A DNA stretch of 64,000 nt. Origin: Balamuthia mandrillaris. Taxonomy: Eukaryota. The notes below the pieces were generated by a model. That model was not told the origin of the DNA, did not search any database, and saw only the letters and a program-made list of their open reading frames with translations. Positions 23,041 through 33,878 of the stretch are shown piece by piece; positions within the stretch are counted from its first letter, which is position 1; each line of letters begins with the position of its first letter. The stretch is from contig JAVKOQ020000090.1 of assembly GCA_031835245.2 (NCBI GenBank), forward strand, positions 62,001 to 126,000, given 5' to 3'. A program made the translations under genes and the position numbers.

Positions 23041-23886
23041 ATGTCTTGCCATACCAATGACCCCGACTGTGAAGATCCTGACGTGTTCTGCATGTCCGAA
23101 GGTTGCGGGGCCTATTCCAATCCAGTTTGCCAAGGCTACTGCATTTCCTGCTCAGAAACGGAGCTGCCAAGACTAAGAAAAGAAGCAAAAGCCCTTCAGC
23201 GGGCGCAACGCACTCCCATCCAACAATCCCTCGGCGGGTGGTCCCTTGAACTTCCTCCCGAAGTGTGGTTTGGAATGTTGACTCACCACGCCGATGTCTT
23301 CACTGTCGGCCGACTGTTGCTCGTCTGCCGTGACCTGTACCACCTGTGCAGCTCTGACCGCATGTGGAAGGCTTTATGGCAAAGAGAAGCACCGAAGGAG
23401 TGGGAACAACTGCTAGTTGACTCACATGGCAAGGAGGACCAGACCGGTAAGAAGAAGGACTTAATGGAACGCTTTGTAAAAGCCAAAGTGTTTTGTTGTG
23501 TGCATTGCGGCAAAGGCGAAGTGTTGGAAGTGGCGGAGAAGAAATGGGACCGCTTGCGTTGTACCTTTTGCAGAAAGGATGTGTGCTCGTCAAGCGACTG
23601 CACGCCGTATTGCGAATATTGTGGTGAGCCTTTTTGCAAGCGCTGTGTGCCTTATTGTGTGGTGTGCGACGCAGCGATGCACTGCCATGCGGACGAGTGG
23701 AACGAGTGCTCACGATGTGAAGGGAACATCTGCTTGAGCTGCAGCATCAATAGAGGTAATTCTACTTGTGGCTCTTCGGACGAAGAAGAAGAAGAACAAG
23801 GACAGGGCGAAGACGGAGAGGGAGCGAGAAGAATAGAGACAGAAGACAAGCCAACGGAACCACCCAAAAAGAGAAAACGACTCTAG
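23041..23886 (+). CDS. A20-type zinc finger, F-box and Cys-rich protein, paralog 2
   Basis: Colinear with paralog 1 (WSLELPPEVWF, LLLVCRDLYHLCSS, AMHCHADEW, GNSTCG, KKRKRL). Confidence 0.8.
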   Translation: MSCHTNDPDCEDPDVFCMSEGCGAYSNPVCQGYCISCSETELPRLRKEAKALQRAQRTPIQQSLGGWSLELPPEVWFGMLTHHADVFTVGRLLLVCRDLYHLCSSDRMWKALWQREAPKEWEQLLVDSHGKEDQTGKKKDLMERFVKAKVFCCVHCGKGEVLEVAEKKWDRLRCTFCRKDVCSSSDCTPYCEYCGEPFCKRCVPYCVVCDAAMHCHADEWNECSRCEGNICLSCSINRGNSTCGSSDEEEEEQGQGEDGEGARRIETEDKPTEPPKKRKRL

Positions 23887-24774
23887 ACCTCTCTCGATAA
23901 CAGCCACCGGACAATAAACGTCTGTAATGCCCTAATTGTGGAGCAACTGTTCCGCTTGGCCTACGTTACGGACACCTCTCCGCACTTTTTGTAAAGGTTG
24001 TTGTTCCCAAAGAACGATGTTGTTTCCACGTTGGAGCTCCCTCGCGTTTCTCCTATGTGTACTTTCTGTCTGCCAACAGGTCCAACCTTTGGCCGTGCCC
24101 TCCGTTGATGACTCCATCACCGTTTTTGAAGGTCGTCCTTCTCTTACTCTTGATGTTCATTTATACACCGCTTAACACAACAAAACAGGAGTGAAGTCGC
24201 AGCTCCGCTTCGTCAACAACGTCTCTCCGACCGTGTTTGCCTTTCCTAAAGACAAACATGGTCGAGTGGTGGAAGCCTACTGGGCCGCTCTTTCTCTGCT
24301 GCAGTTTCGAGAACTCCGATGCTCCACCCTCCTCCCGACCTTCAGCTTTTTCCACATATTCCGTTTGGAGGGGGTGCTTGGAAACTGCTCCGAGGAAGGA
24401 CAACACGTAACCGACCTTTTGGTCCCTGCAAAGTGGCAGTTTGACACGAGCGCGGCGAACCTGGTGAGGTTTTCGTTGCCAGGGCTGGGAGACGCGGCCT
24501 CGTTGTTCGTTGGCACTTTTGAATATGTGCCTGAAGCAAAGGACGTTACTTCTAGGTCCGTACTTGCTTTTGGAGAAAAGAAAACAGCACGTTTGGCTCT
24601 AACAAATGCAAAAGAAATAAAGCAGGGACAGAAAGGCGAATGCGAGTGGAAGGAGACTCGTTGAAGATAAGTTTTGATGTGTACAATTATACTTCTCAAA
24701 CCATCGCAGACCTCAACGAAGACCTCAACGAAGACAGCCAGCTTGGCGATTCGTTCTTTCAGATGCGTTTTAAG

Positions 24775-24964
24775 TGTTAATTGAGTGACCCCTCATCTCA
24801 TTACCCCACATAAGGAAGGAACGAACACGAACACGATAACACGAAACCACCATAAGGACCACGATACCAATCCTTTTTATACCAACACTATCTTTATGTT
24901 TATCTCTACAGTTACAGACTACAATACATACTCTTTTCCCATATACCTATTTACTCTGCTAACA
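24775..24964 (+). repeat. 5' LTR (190 bp)
   Basis: TGTTAA...CTAACA; reads as identical to the 3' LTR. Confidence 0.97.
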
Positions 24965-25028
24965 GGTTATGGGCCCACAGTCAAACTAAAACCGCTACAC
25001 TCACAATCTCCTTCAAACACACTGCACG

Positions 25029-28000
25029 ATGGGCAAGCTGAAAATCAAACCGTTCGACGGACATGGATTCCAGGATTGGAAATGCCAGATGAGAACGCTC
25101 TTGAAGAGCAAGGGCGTATGGGGCTACGTCGACGGAACGATAACCATAGGAGCCAGCAGCAGCAAAAAGCAGGAAGACATCGAGTTTAATCCGGCGAACG
25201 ACGCCATAGCCAGCGGTTTGATCTGTAGCTGTCTCACCCTACCACTCTTGAGACGGGTGACGAACCTTGAAAGCGCGAAAGAACAGTGGGATAGGCTTTG
25301 CGAGAAATACGACAAGGCCGACGCCACTAGAAGGACCGAGCTCCGCACCAAACTTGCTACGAAAATGAGGGACAATCAGGACCTCGACAAACACCTCGAT
25401 AAGTTCGACAGCTTGATCGGCGAGGCGGACCTAATCTTCAGCAACGCTTCGATACCTGAGGACGAAAAGATCCACTACCTCCTAAACAGCTTACCAGAAA
25501 GCCTGGAGCACGTCTCTTCTTCGCTAACGCTATCCTTGAAGGACAGCAGCACCTACGAGGAGATATTGGACAAACTTAGACTCGAAGCTGCCCGAAAGAA
25601 AAGCAAGTTCGACGGCAAAGGCGAATCAATCATGTACGGACGCCATAGACAACGTGGAAACAGAAAGGACCACGGTCGCCGAGAGAAGAAAGATAAAGAT
25701 ATCGAGTGCTACAAGTGCCATGGATTTGGACACATAGCGAAGAACTGCCGCAGTCAGAACGGTAGTAAGAAAAAGAAAGGAGAGCGAATGATGAACGTGT
25801 CGCTCAAAGGAGGATCACCAACCGGAGACATAATCTTGGACTCCGGAGCATCCTGCCACATGACGGGTAACAAAGGCCTGCTAACGGACTGTAAGCCAAC
25901 AAAACCAACCAAGGTCTACTTTGCAAACGGCGAAAAGATAACCGCCACGGAAGCTGGTAACCTACGTTATATAACAGAGACAAAGTACGGACACGAAACG
26001 TGTGTTTTCCAAGATGTACTCTACGTCGACGGATTCGACAAAACGCTAATATCCACGACGACCCTGGACCGAAGAGGAATAACCATTTCCTCATCCGGCG
26101 GAGTCACCAGACTCAAACAGGACGGAATGGTCATCGGTATCGGAATATTGGAGGAAGACGGACTATACCACCTCCAAGGCAAACCAGAGCCGCGAAAAGA
26201 GCACGCTAATACCGCAGTGGACGAATGGCACAAACGTTTGGGCCACATCAGCATTGAAAAGCTGAAGGAACTACCGAAGATCACGAACGGAATTGATATA
26301 CCCAGCGGCGCAACCCTCGCACCGTGTACTGCCTGCCTCAAGGGCAAGCAATCCCGAAACCCCGTTAGTACAGAACCAGCCACTCGAGCCACAGAGAAGC
26401 TCGAATTAGTGCACACGGACATATGCGGACCAATGCAGACCTCCATCGGAGGGTCCAGATACTTCATTACCTTCACGGACGACCTGACCAGACGAACCTG
26501 GGTCTACGGACTGGCCACGAAGGACGGTGCACTGGAACGATTCCAAGAATTCGAAGCTTTGGCCACCAACCAAAGCGGCAAAAGGATCAAGGCACTACGA
26601 AGCGACAACGGCGGCGAATACATTAGCAAAAACTTCAGAAACCACCTACACAAGAACGGTATACAAACCCAAACGTCTGCACCCCATACACCGGAGCAGA
26701 ACGGAGTCGCTGAAAAAAAGAACAGGACGCTTATGGAGAAAGCACGATGTATGCTTCAACACGCTGACCTGGACGAGAAATATTGGGGGCCAGCCATCAA
26801 CATGGCGAACTACATCACGAACCGCACCGGCACCAGCGCAGTCAACGGAATGACGCCAGAAGAAGCTTGGACTGGAAAGAAACCGTCTCTCCGACACATC
26901 CAAATCTTTGGAAGCAGAGCGTGGACGCTCATACCCAGTAACGACCGAAAGAAACTAGATGCCAAAGCGAAGGAGCTCATCTACCTTGGACCCAGCGAAA
27001 CGTCTAAGGCACATACCCTCTACAACCCAAAGACAAAGAGAATTACTCTTTCACGCAACATAAAGTTCATCCAACCTGAACGGAGCACAATGGACGACGA
27101 GAAAGAAAAACTCACCTCCATCAAAAACAAGCCTGAGCAACCGAAGAGGATGCAAACTTCAGACCTAAGCGACAAAGAGGACTCTGACTCAAGCGAAGAT
27201 GAAGAGGAGGAAGGCGAAGACAGCGAAACTAAGGCTGATGAGAACGCAGGCGAAACCAAAGGCAAGCAACCTATCAACAGCAGCGACGGAAACGGCAAAG
27301 CCATCATCGATAAGAAGACAACCAACCCTGCATTTTCATTCCTCAAAAAGCCACGAGCAGACGGGAAACGAGCTATCACGATAACCTCGCGACTCATCGA
27401 AGAGGATCCCAAGAAGAAGAGTGCCAACCTGGTCACCTACGCGCTGATCGCAGCAATCATCGGGGAACCAAAAACCTACGAAGAAGCAATCAACGGACCA
27501 GATCGAGAGAAGTGGCTTAAGGCGATGTCAGAAGAGTTCGAAGCTCTGACGAAGAACAAAACTTGGCGACTCGTTAAACGACCCGGAAGAGAGAGAACCA
27601 TCGTCAAGAACAAATGGACATTCAGAATTAAGCGGAATGCCCACGGCGAGATCGAACGATACAAGGCCCGACTCGTTGCCAAAGGCTTCACTCAAGTGAA
27701 AGGAGTCGACTACTTCGAAGTCTATGCACCAGTCGTTCGAATGACATCGATTAGAATCATCATAGCCTTTGCGACATTCTACGACCTAGAACTCCACCAG
27801 TTGGATATTGTCACAGCATTCCTCAACGCTACCATGAAAGAAGTCATCTACATGGAGCAACCTGTAGGATTCGTCGACCCCGAGCATCCCGACGACGTCT
27901 GCCTCTTAGAAAAGGGACTATACGGCACGAAGCAAGGAGCAAGAGAGTGGAACGGAGAATTTGATAGCACTCTCGTTGACCTTGGCTTCGAAAAAGCATC

Positions 28001-29048
28001 AGCCGACTGCTGCATCTACTTCAAATGGGAGAACAACAACATCATCATCATCGGACTGTACGTTGACGACCTACTGATCGCGGGAACAACCGAGAACATC
28101 AACAAGTTCAAGAACGACTTGAAGTCACACTACGACGTGAAGGACTTGGGACCAGCCCAATTCATCCTCGGAATCCAGATCAAACGCGACCGACAGAACC
28201 GACGCACAACACTACTCCAACCTACCTACATCAGCAATATGCTCGAGAAGTACAACATGCACAAAAGCAGGCCAATCGACACCCCAACGCAAGTGGGAGT
28301 AAAGCTAACGAAGTATAGCAATTCGAGGAAGCTCGACCCCAAGGTTCCTTACCGAAACGCAATCGGAAGCTTAATGTACGCAGCCACCGGAACCAGACCC
28401 GACATAGCATTTGCCGTTAACGAGCTCGCTAGATTCACAGCTGACCCCAAAGTGGAACACTGGAAAGCCCTAAAAAGAATCTTTCGCTACCTCAACGGAA
28501 CAAGAAACCACGGTATCACCTTCGACACCAACGACGCTAACGCTTCGAAACTTATTGGATACGCCGACGCCGACTACGCCAACAACATCGACTCAAGAAG
28601 ATCGACCACGGGATATGTCTTCAAATTCTGCGGAGGACCAATATCATGGCAATCGAGAAAACAGAAGACCGTCGCGCTATCTACAACCGAAGCCGAATAT
28701 ATGAGTATCACCGAAGCAACCAAAGAAGCTATCTGGTTAAGAAGACTGCTAGACGATATCGGAGAAACCCAAGAGGGACCTACCATCATCTACGAGGACA
28801 ACATTGGATGTATCGAACTGTCCAAGAACCCAGGAAACCACTCCAGAACAAAGCACATCGACATTCGACACCACAAGATCAGGGAAGAAACCAAGAAGGG
28901 TACCATCAAGCTGGAGTACATGGCCAGCGACGAGATGCCCGCCGATGTTCTGACCAAACCCCTACCGCGAGACAAACACGTCAAACTAATCACGGACATC
29001 GGAATGAGACAAGAGAATCGGGATCAAGTGGGAGTGTTAATTGAGTGA
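25029..29048 (+). CDS. Copia Gag-Pol polyprotein (Gag, zinc knuckle, protease, integrase, RT, RNase H)
   Basis: CYKCHGFGHIAKNC; ILDSGASCHM; WHKRLGH...CTAC; VHTDICGP, RSDNGGEY, QNGVAEKKNRTL; RYKARLVAKGFTQ, LYVDDLL; YADADYA, ALSTTEAEY. Integrase before RT is the copia order. Confidence 0.98.
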   Translation: MGKLKIKPFDGHGFQDWKCQMRTLLKSKGVWGYVDGTITIGASSSKKQEDIEFNPANDAIASGLICSCLTLPLLRRVTNLESAKEQWDRLCEKYDKADATRRTELRTKLATKMRDNQDLDKHLDKFDSLIGEADLIFSNASIPEDEKIHYLLNSLPESLEHVSSSLTLSLKDSSTYEEILDKLRLEAARKKSKFDGKGESIMYGRHRQRGNRKDHGRREKKDKDIECYKCHGFGHIAKNCRSQNGSKKKKGERMMNVSLKGGSPTGDIILDSGASCHMTGNKGLLTDCKPTKPTKVYFANGEKITATEAGNLRYITETKYGHETCVFQDVLYVDGFDKTLISTTTLDRRGITISSSGGVTRLKQDGMVIGIGILEEDGLYHLQGKPEPRKEHANTAVDEWHKRLGHISIEKLKELPKITNGIDIPSGATLAPCTACLKGKQSRNPVSTEPATRATEKLELVHTDICGPMQTSIGGSRYFITFTDDLTRRTWVYGLATKDGALERFQEFEALATNQSGKRIKALRSDNGGEYISKNFRNHLHKNGIQTQTSAPHTPEQNGVAEKKNRTLMEKARCMLQHADLDEKYWGPAINMANYITNRTGTSAVNGMTPEEAWTGKKPSLRHIQIFGSRAWTLIPSNDRKKLDAKAKELIYLGPSETSKAHTLYNPKTKRITLSRNIKFIQPERSTMDDEKEKLTSIKNKPEQPKRMQTSDLSDKEDSDSSEDEEEEGEDSETKADENAGETKGKQPINSSDGNGKAIIDKKTTNPAFSFLKKPRADGKRAITITSRLIEEDPKKKSANLVTYALIAAIIGEPKTYEEAINGPDREKWLKAMSEEFEALTKNKTWRLVKRPGRERTIVKNKWTFRIKRNAHGEIERYKARLVAKGFTQVKGVDYFEVYAPVVRMTSIRIIIAFATFYDLELHQLDIVTAFLNATMKEVIYMEQPVGFVDPEHPDDVCLLEKGLYGTKQGAREWNGEFDSTLVDLGFEKASADCCIYFKWENNNIIIIGLYVDDLLIAGTTENINKFKNDLKSHYDVKDLGPAQFILGIQIKRDRQNRRTTLLQPTYISNMLEKYNMHKSRPIDTPTQVGVKLTKYSNSRKLDPKVPYRNAIGSLMYAATGTRPDIAFAVNELARFTADPKVEHWKALKRIFRYLNGTRNHGITFDTNDANASKLIGYADADYANNIDSRRSTTGYVFKFCGGPISWQSRKQKTVALSTTEAEYMSITEATKEAIWLRRLLDDIGETQEGPTIIYEDNIGCIELSKNPGNHSRTKHIDIRHHKIREETKKGTIKLEYMASDEMPADVLTKPLPRDKHVKLITDIGMRQENRDQVGVLIE

Positions 29049-29224
29049 CCCCTCATCTCATTACCCCACATAAGGAAGGAACGAACACGAACACGATAAC
29101 ACGAAACCACCATAAGGACCACGATACCAATCCTTTTTATACCAACACTATCTTTATGTTTATCTCTACAGTTACAGACTACAATACATACTCTTTTCCC
29201 ATATACCTATTTACTCTGCTAACA
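29035..29224 (+). repeat. 3' LTR (190 bp)
   Basis: Direct repeat of 24775-24964; contains the polyprotein stop codon. Confidence 0.97.
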
Positions 29225-29847
29225 TTAAGTTGAAAGTAAGTTTTTTGATGTTCTTCTCCTTCTTGTGCTGCTGTTTCGTACTTCTTGTACTTCTTGTTCT
29301 TCTTGTTCTTATTCTTCTTCTTCTTCTTCTTCTTCTTCTTCTTCTTCTCCTTCTTCTTCTTCTTCTTCTTCGTCGCTATCCGTCTTCTATTGAAAGGATA
29401 ACAACAGACTTAATAAGCTCTCCAGTTGGAGTTATCTCATGCTATAGTTCCGGTGGTCCTGTCGCAGAATCCCGTGCTAACATTCCCTGTTTCCATCTCT
29501 CCATCTGACACAAGCGAACACCAACTCACCTACTTCATCGACGTGTTGAACGACCTCTTCCGCGTGCGAGTATCTCAGGTGCTTCTAATTCAGTATTTCC
29601 TTCATTCTATTACTAAAACGTTTTAAAAAGGCTTTATTCTCAGTAACGGAGCCGCCGGTGGGTTCCACATTTGTGGCGGAGGAGGCGGAATGGGGCTTCG
29701 AACCGGTAAACGGAGAGATGGTCTGGAATGCCTCTAACACTGAGGCAACGGACCACGCGTTCGTCTTTGAGCTGCACTTCTCTGGAGGAGAGCGGTTGAG
29801 TTATGATCCTGGTTCGTTTGTTTTGTTTTTCTCGTGTGGTTGCTGTT

Positions 29848-29899
<52 letters not shown>

Positions 29900-30396
29900 T
29901 TCTCTCTCCCTCTCTCTCTCTCTTCAGCTTTTTTATTGGTTTTCTTACTTCACAAAGATATCTCTATCTTGTTGAACAACGAGCACGAATCGGAGAACGG
30001 TAAAGCAGCATCCGACGATGACGAGGATGCAGTCGTCATCGCGGTGAGCGTTGTAGTTCCTGTGGTGGCCGTCGCGAGCGTCGCATTCGTGGCAGTGGTG
30101 GTGTGGCTGCGACATTCACGAAAAGCTCGCCAAGTGAGCCGACTCTCCACTGTCATTTCGAAGCATGTCGATGCTTGAAAGCAATAAAGAAAGTATGTAT
30201 TCAACAAATGCAAAAGAGAAAGGAAAAAAAAAACAAAACTTTGAAAAGCTATAAAAAGAAGGATAGTTCTTCTTTCTTCAGTTGCGTTATCACAACGTTG
30301 GTCTCTTCGTTGCTATTACAGGCTTCGTTTTGCCGCCGACATCCATCGTTATCCGCCCACATCCGAAAGAAGTATCGAGGTCAAGAGGTTTAGATA

Positions 30397-31904
30397 ATGC
30401 AAACCACCGTGACTTCGTTCTTTCGCCCTGCATCCAAGAGAAAACAAACCGATGATCCTTCTTTTCTCCCGTCTAAACTACCAAAGAGGGACAACGTCGT
30501 GCAGGACGAGCAGGCAACCTCTTTTCCTCTCCTCGCCTTGCGTTTGTTCCGATGTCGTGTTAACTGGTTTGTCACACAGCTCACTGTGGTAAGTTTGTTT
30601 TGCGGAGCGGGTGGCTTGGACCTTGGCTTTGTGAATGCTGGCTTCAACATCCTTTATGCCGTCGACAACGACACAGACGCTGTTAAAACCTATCATAAAA
30701 ACATAGGCGGGTACGCCGTTCGGCGCGATGTCGCGTCTCTTCGTAGCGGAGAGCTGCCTGCAACCTGCACTGTTCTGATAGGAGGCCCTCCTTGGTAAGT
30801 GCTACGCCTTAGTCCTTGGCTATAGAAGCGCACACCTCCACGTGAGCAGCCAAGGGTTTTCCATAGGCGGCAACATGGATGTTCACGACGAGCGAAACCT
30901 TTTGGTGTGGCAGTTTGCTCGTGTGGCAGCGCAGCCTAGGCCACCCGTTTTCGTCATGGGTACTGCATTCGTTGCATCCATCCCTCACGTTTTGCTTTTT
31001 TAAACTACATGCTGAGTTTTAAGAGAACGAAAAGAGAACGTGACGGCCCTGGCAACTCACAAACGCTGGGCAGAGCTCCGCAGTGCTTTGTTGCACAGGT
31101 TCGAGGGGCTAGGCTACACCGTAACCGTTCTTCTCCTTTAAATTTGCCCAATCTCGCGAGAGGGCCTTTTTCATCGGGACGGCTTCCCACTTGAAACCCA
31201 TCACCGAGGTCCCGCCTCTGGACCCCTCTATCCCAACTGTATATGACGTGCTGAAAGAGCTTCCTCCTCCCGGCTCCTCACCCAACCTCGGCCCATGCAA
31301 AGCAAAAATAACCTTGGCCAAGTAGCCAGACTTGCGGAGGTCTCCCTATTCTGGTCACATTTTCAATGGCGGAGGAAGGCCAGTCAACATGCACGCTCCC
31401 ATCAACACGCTGCTAGCTTCCATGGGCGGCAACAAAACGCCTATCCTCGACGAAAGAGCGTTACGAACTGGAGAGCCCTCTTGGTTCGAACAGCTTCACC
31501 TACGGCTCTTAAAAAACAAAGGCCCTGCCCAGAATGAAACCGTCCCTTCCTTCATTCGTCGGCTTTCGGTCACGGAAGCCTCCCTGTTGCAGTCCTTTCC
31601 CTTGACCTTCTGCTTCATGGGCGCTCAATCCTCCCAGTTTAGACAGGTTTGCGCTAAGCGAGATGATTGGCAACAGTCTGAATCCTTGGGGAACAACATT
31701 CATTCATTCATATTCTCACATTGGGTTGTTTTCATCCATCAAATAGGTAACGCGGTACCTCCCAAGCTGGCCCAAAGCATAGCCTCTGCTGTCTTGTCTG
31801 CGCTTCAAAGTTCAAACAATAAGAAATCTTTGCTGGCACCAAACGAAACTAGCGCTGGACCAATTCGTCAGCAAGCTGCTTCCTCTGAAGTAGACCCGCT
31901 TTGA
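30397..31904 (+). pseudogene. Bacterial-type C5 cytosine DNA methyltransferase with introns, apparently inactivated
   Basis: Motif I SLFCGAGGLDLG; motif IV GGPP-C-QGFS with the Cys codon split by intron 30795-30849; motif VI VFVM-E-NV (intron ~30960-31034); motif VIII QSRERAFFIG; motif IX RRLSVTEASLLQSFP; motif X QIGNAVPP. Frameshift and stop at ~31139; in-frame TAG at 31323-31325. Confidence 0.85.
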
Positions 31905-32041
31905 ACCTTGGCCTTTGGACGGAAAGAGGAAAAGGTTTTCCCAAACTCATTCTGGGAGAAAAAAAAAACAAAACTTCAAAAAGAAATAGCAAAATAACAT
32001 CAAAAAAAAAACTAAACTAAAGAAGGATAGTTCTTCTTTCT

Positions 32042-33463
32042 TCAGTGGTGTTCATCTTCGGTCTCTTCGTTGCTGTTATCCTCCTCGTAGAAGCGATAGT
32101 CCAGCACGGAGAAGGAACTGGCCACGTTATACAGGTTGAAATAGGGATAATAAAGCCTTTCTTCTTCATCATTGTCATCTCTCCATTCGATTCGTTCGGA
32201 ACGCCCTGTCCGAAGGTTCTCAATGCGCACAAAGTTCAGCCTTTGCTCCAACGAAAGGGTCACTCGAAGCACATCGCCATCGATCCAATCGTTCCCTGCA
32301 TTATGTCGTCCCTCTCGTTCATTGTCTGCTCTCCAGAGTTGATTCTTGCTGGAGATAGCAAAAGCAGAAACATAGTTGTTGCTTCTATTCCTCAGTCGTT
32401 CCTTGCGACAAACACCAACTGCAATCCAATGCGATGCAGGCAGAGAGGTTGAAGAAGAAAAAGGAGAAGAGAACGGAGATGGAAATGAAGAGGAGGAAGA
32501 TTGCAAAGAAGAAGAAGAAGAGCCGAGACGATGAATGGCAACTAACCAAGAATGAAGGCCCGAAACGAAGCCCTGTTTGGCCAGAATGGACGCGTGACCA
32601 GGAGCGTTTCCTCTCTTGACTGCCGTTCGAAGGTCACCGCTCAGCACAACGTTCGGGCCAAGCTCCATCGCGTCCAACTGCAACAACCTAGAATTCGTGG
32701 CGAGGCCTTCTCCTCTTTGCTTCCGTCTTTGCTTTCCTCGCTGGCGTTGTTTGTGGAGCTTGTGGTTGATGAGTTGGACTAACGGTTGAAGCCCGTAAAA
32801 GTCAGCCTCTCTCCTCAGAGCCAACAGCTGCGGTTGTTTGGATGGCAGCAGCGCCTCTGCCTCCTCGCTATACTGGTGCTGAAAGTCGTCGTTATAGCTG
32901 CGCAGAAAGTCGAGGACGAAGGAGAAGAGCTTTGGGTTGCGGTCGATGAAATAAAGCGGCGGTGATGGAGGCGAAGAGGGGTCCTCCTGGGGGTGGTTAT
33001 CGGGAAGCCATTTGCCGGAGGCGAGCATCGCGTGGAAGAACGTGTTCTCGAAGGTGAGAAGAGTGGACTTGCTCGTGGCAAAGAGTTTGCCGCCTACATC
33101 CAGCCTTATCTTAAAAAAAAAACAAATAATGTTAAACAGATAAGTAAATCAAAAATGAAAATAAAAAATGAAAATTGAAAAAAAGAAAAGAAAAGAACAA
33201 AGAAAAAGAACAGAAATGAAAAGTACTTTTTGGTGAGCGGCCTCGAGGTTGGCGTTGATCTGGGTTTGAGTGGCATTCCATATCTGCTGCTTCTGCGTCA
33301 GCACCTCGATCTTTTCACGAGCGTTTCGCTCTGCCCGGCGGAGGATGGCGACCGCTTGCTCCAGCTGCTCCTCCTCTTCCGTTTGTTGTCGTTGTGGTTT
33401 CTGGGGCGCATCGTCTAAGCTTCCTCCGGCTGGAATATCAAAGTCAAAACTTTCTCCTGCCAT
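32042..33463 (-). CDS. KCTD-type BTB/POZ and SPRY/B30.2-like protein (2 exons)
   Basis: IRLDVGGKLFATSKSTL, YFIDRNPKLFSFVLDFLR, LRREADFYGL; C-terminal GLHSWLVAI...WIAVGV...GDVLRVTL...LYYPYFNL. Confidence 0.85.
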
Positions 33464-33878
33464 CGGTGTGTTGTTTTTGTTGAAGAGCAAAAAAAAAGAA
33501 AAAAAAAGAAAAAAAAAAGAAAAAGAAAAAATAGACAAAGAACACCAAACCTAACGCGAAAGAAAGCTTGTTGTCAAATTTATTTTGTCTCCCTTTTGTC
33601 GAACAAAATACAAAACAAAACCTCCACCCAACAACAACCTGTCTTCTATCTTTGTTGGTCAATTTCGGAAGTTGCCAAAATTAATTGTCGATAATTATTT
33701 GATTTCTTATTGGATTATAATGCAATGACATCAGCATGAACTATAGATTTTCTGTTGGATGATCAAATTGTAGAAAAATCTCCTCAGATCAAATGTTTTG
33801 ATGTCGACAAAGCATTTTGATTTTCTATTCGATGAAACGTTTGAAAAAAAAGAAAGCAAAAGAAAGACGAAAAGCAAA

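Larger units (their letters stand above)
24775..29224 (+). mobile_element. Intact Ty1/copia LTR retrotransposon, 4450 bp
   Basis: TG..CA LTRs at 24775-24964 and 29035-29224; TTAAG duplication at 24770-24774 and 29225-29229; primer site GGTTATGGGCCCA at 24965; purine-rich AAGTGGGAG before the 3' LTR. Confidence 0.98.
24017..30178 (+). pseudogene. Type I membrane protein gene interrupted by the copia element
   Basis: Signal peptide MLFPRWSSLAFLLCVL, spliced exons on both sides of the element, and a C-terminal transmembrane segment VVIAVSVVVPVVAVASVAFVAVVVW followed by a basic tail. Removing the element and one target-site copy restores ...FQMRFKLK|gtaag. Confidence 0.6.

Noticed and set aside
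24785..25189. Short ORFs starting MTPHLITPH (also 29045-29233)
   Set aside because: They are incidental GTG-started frames within the LTRs.
31323..31325. Stop-codon reassignment or readthrough (TAG here, TAA at 59204)
   Set aside because: Neighbouring genes end normally in TAA, TAG or TGA and long ORFs lack internal stops. Other lesions at the same loci favour decay or sequence error.
24775..31904. Methyltransferase as cargo of the copia element
   Set aside because: It lies ~1.2 kb outside the 3' LTR and target-site duplication, has introns, and is far more decayed than the element.
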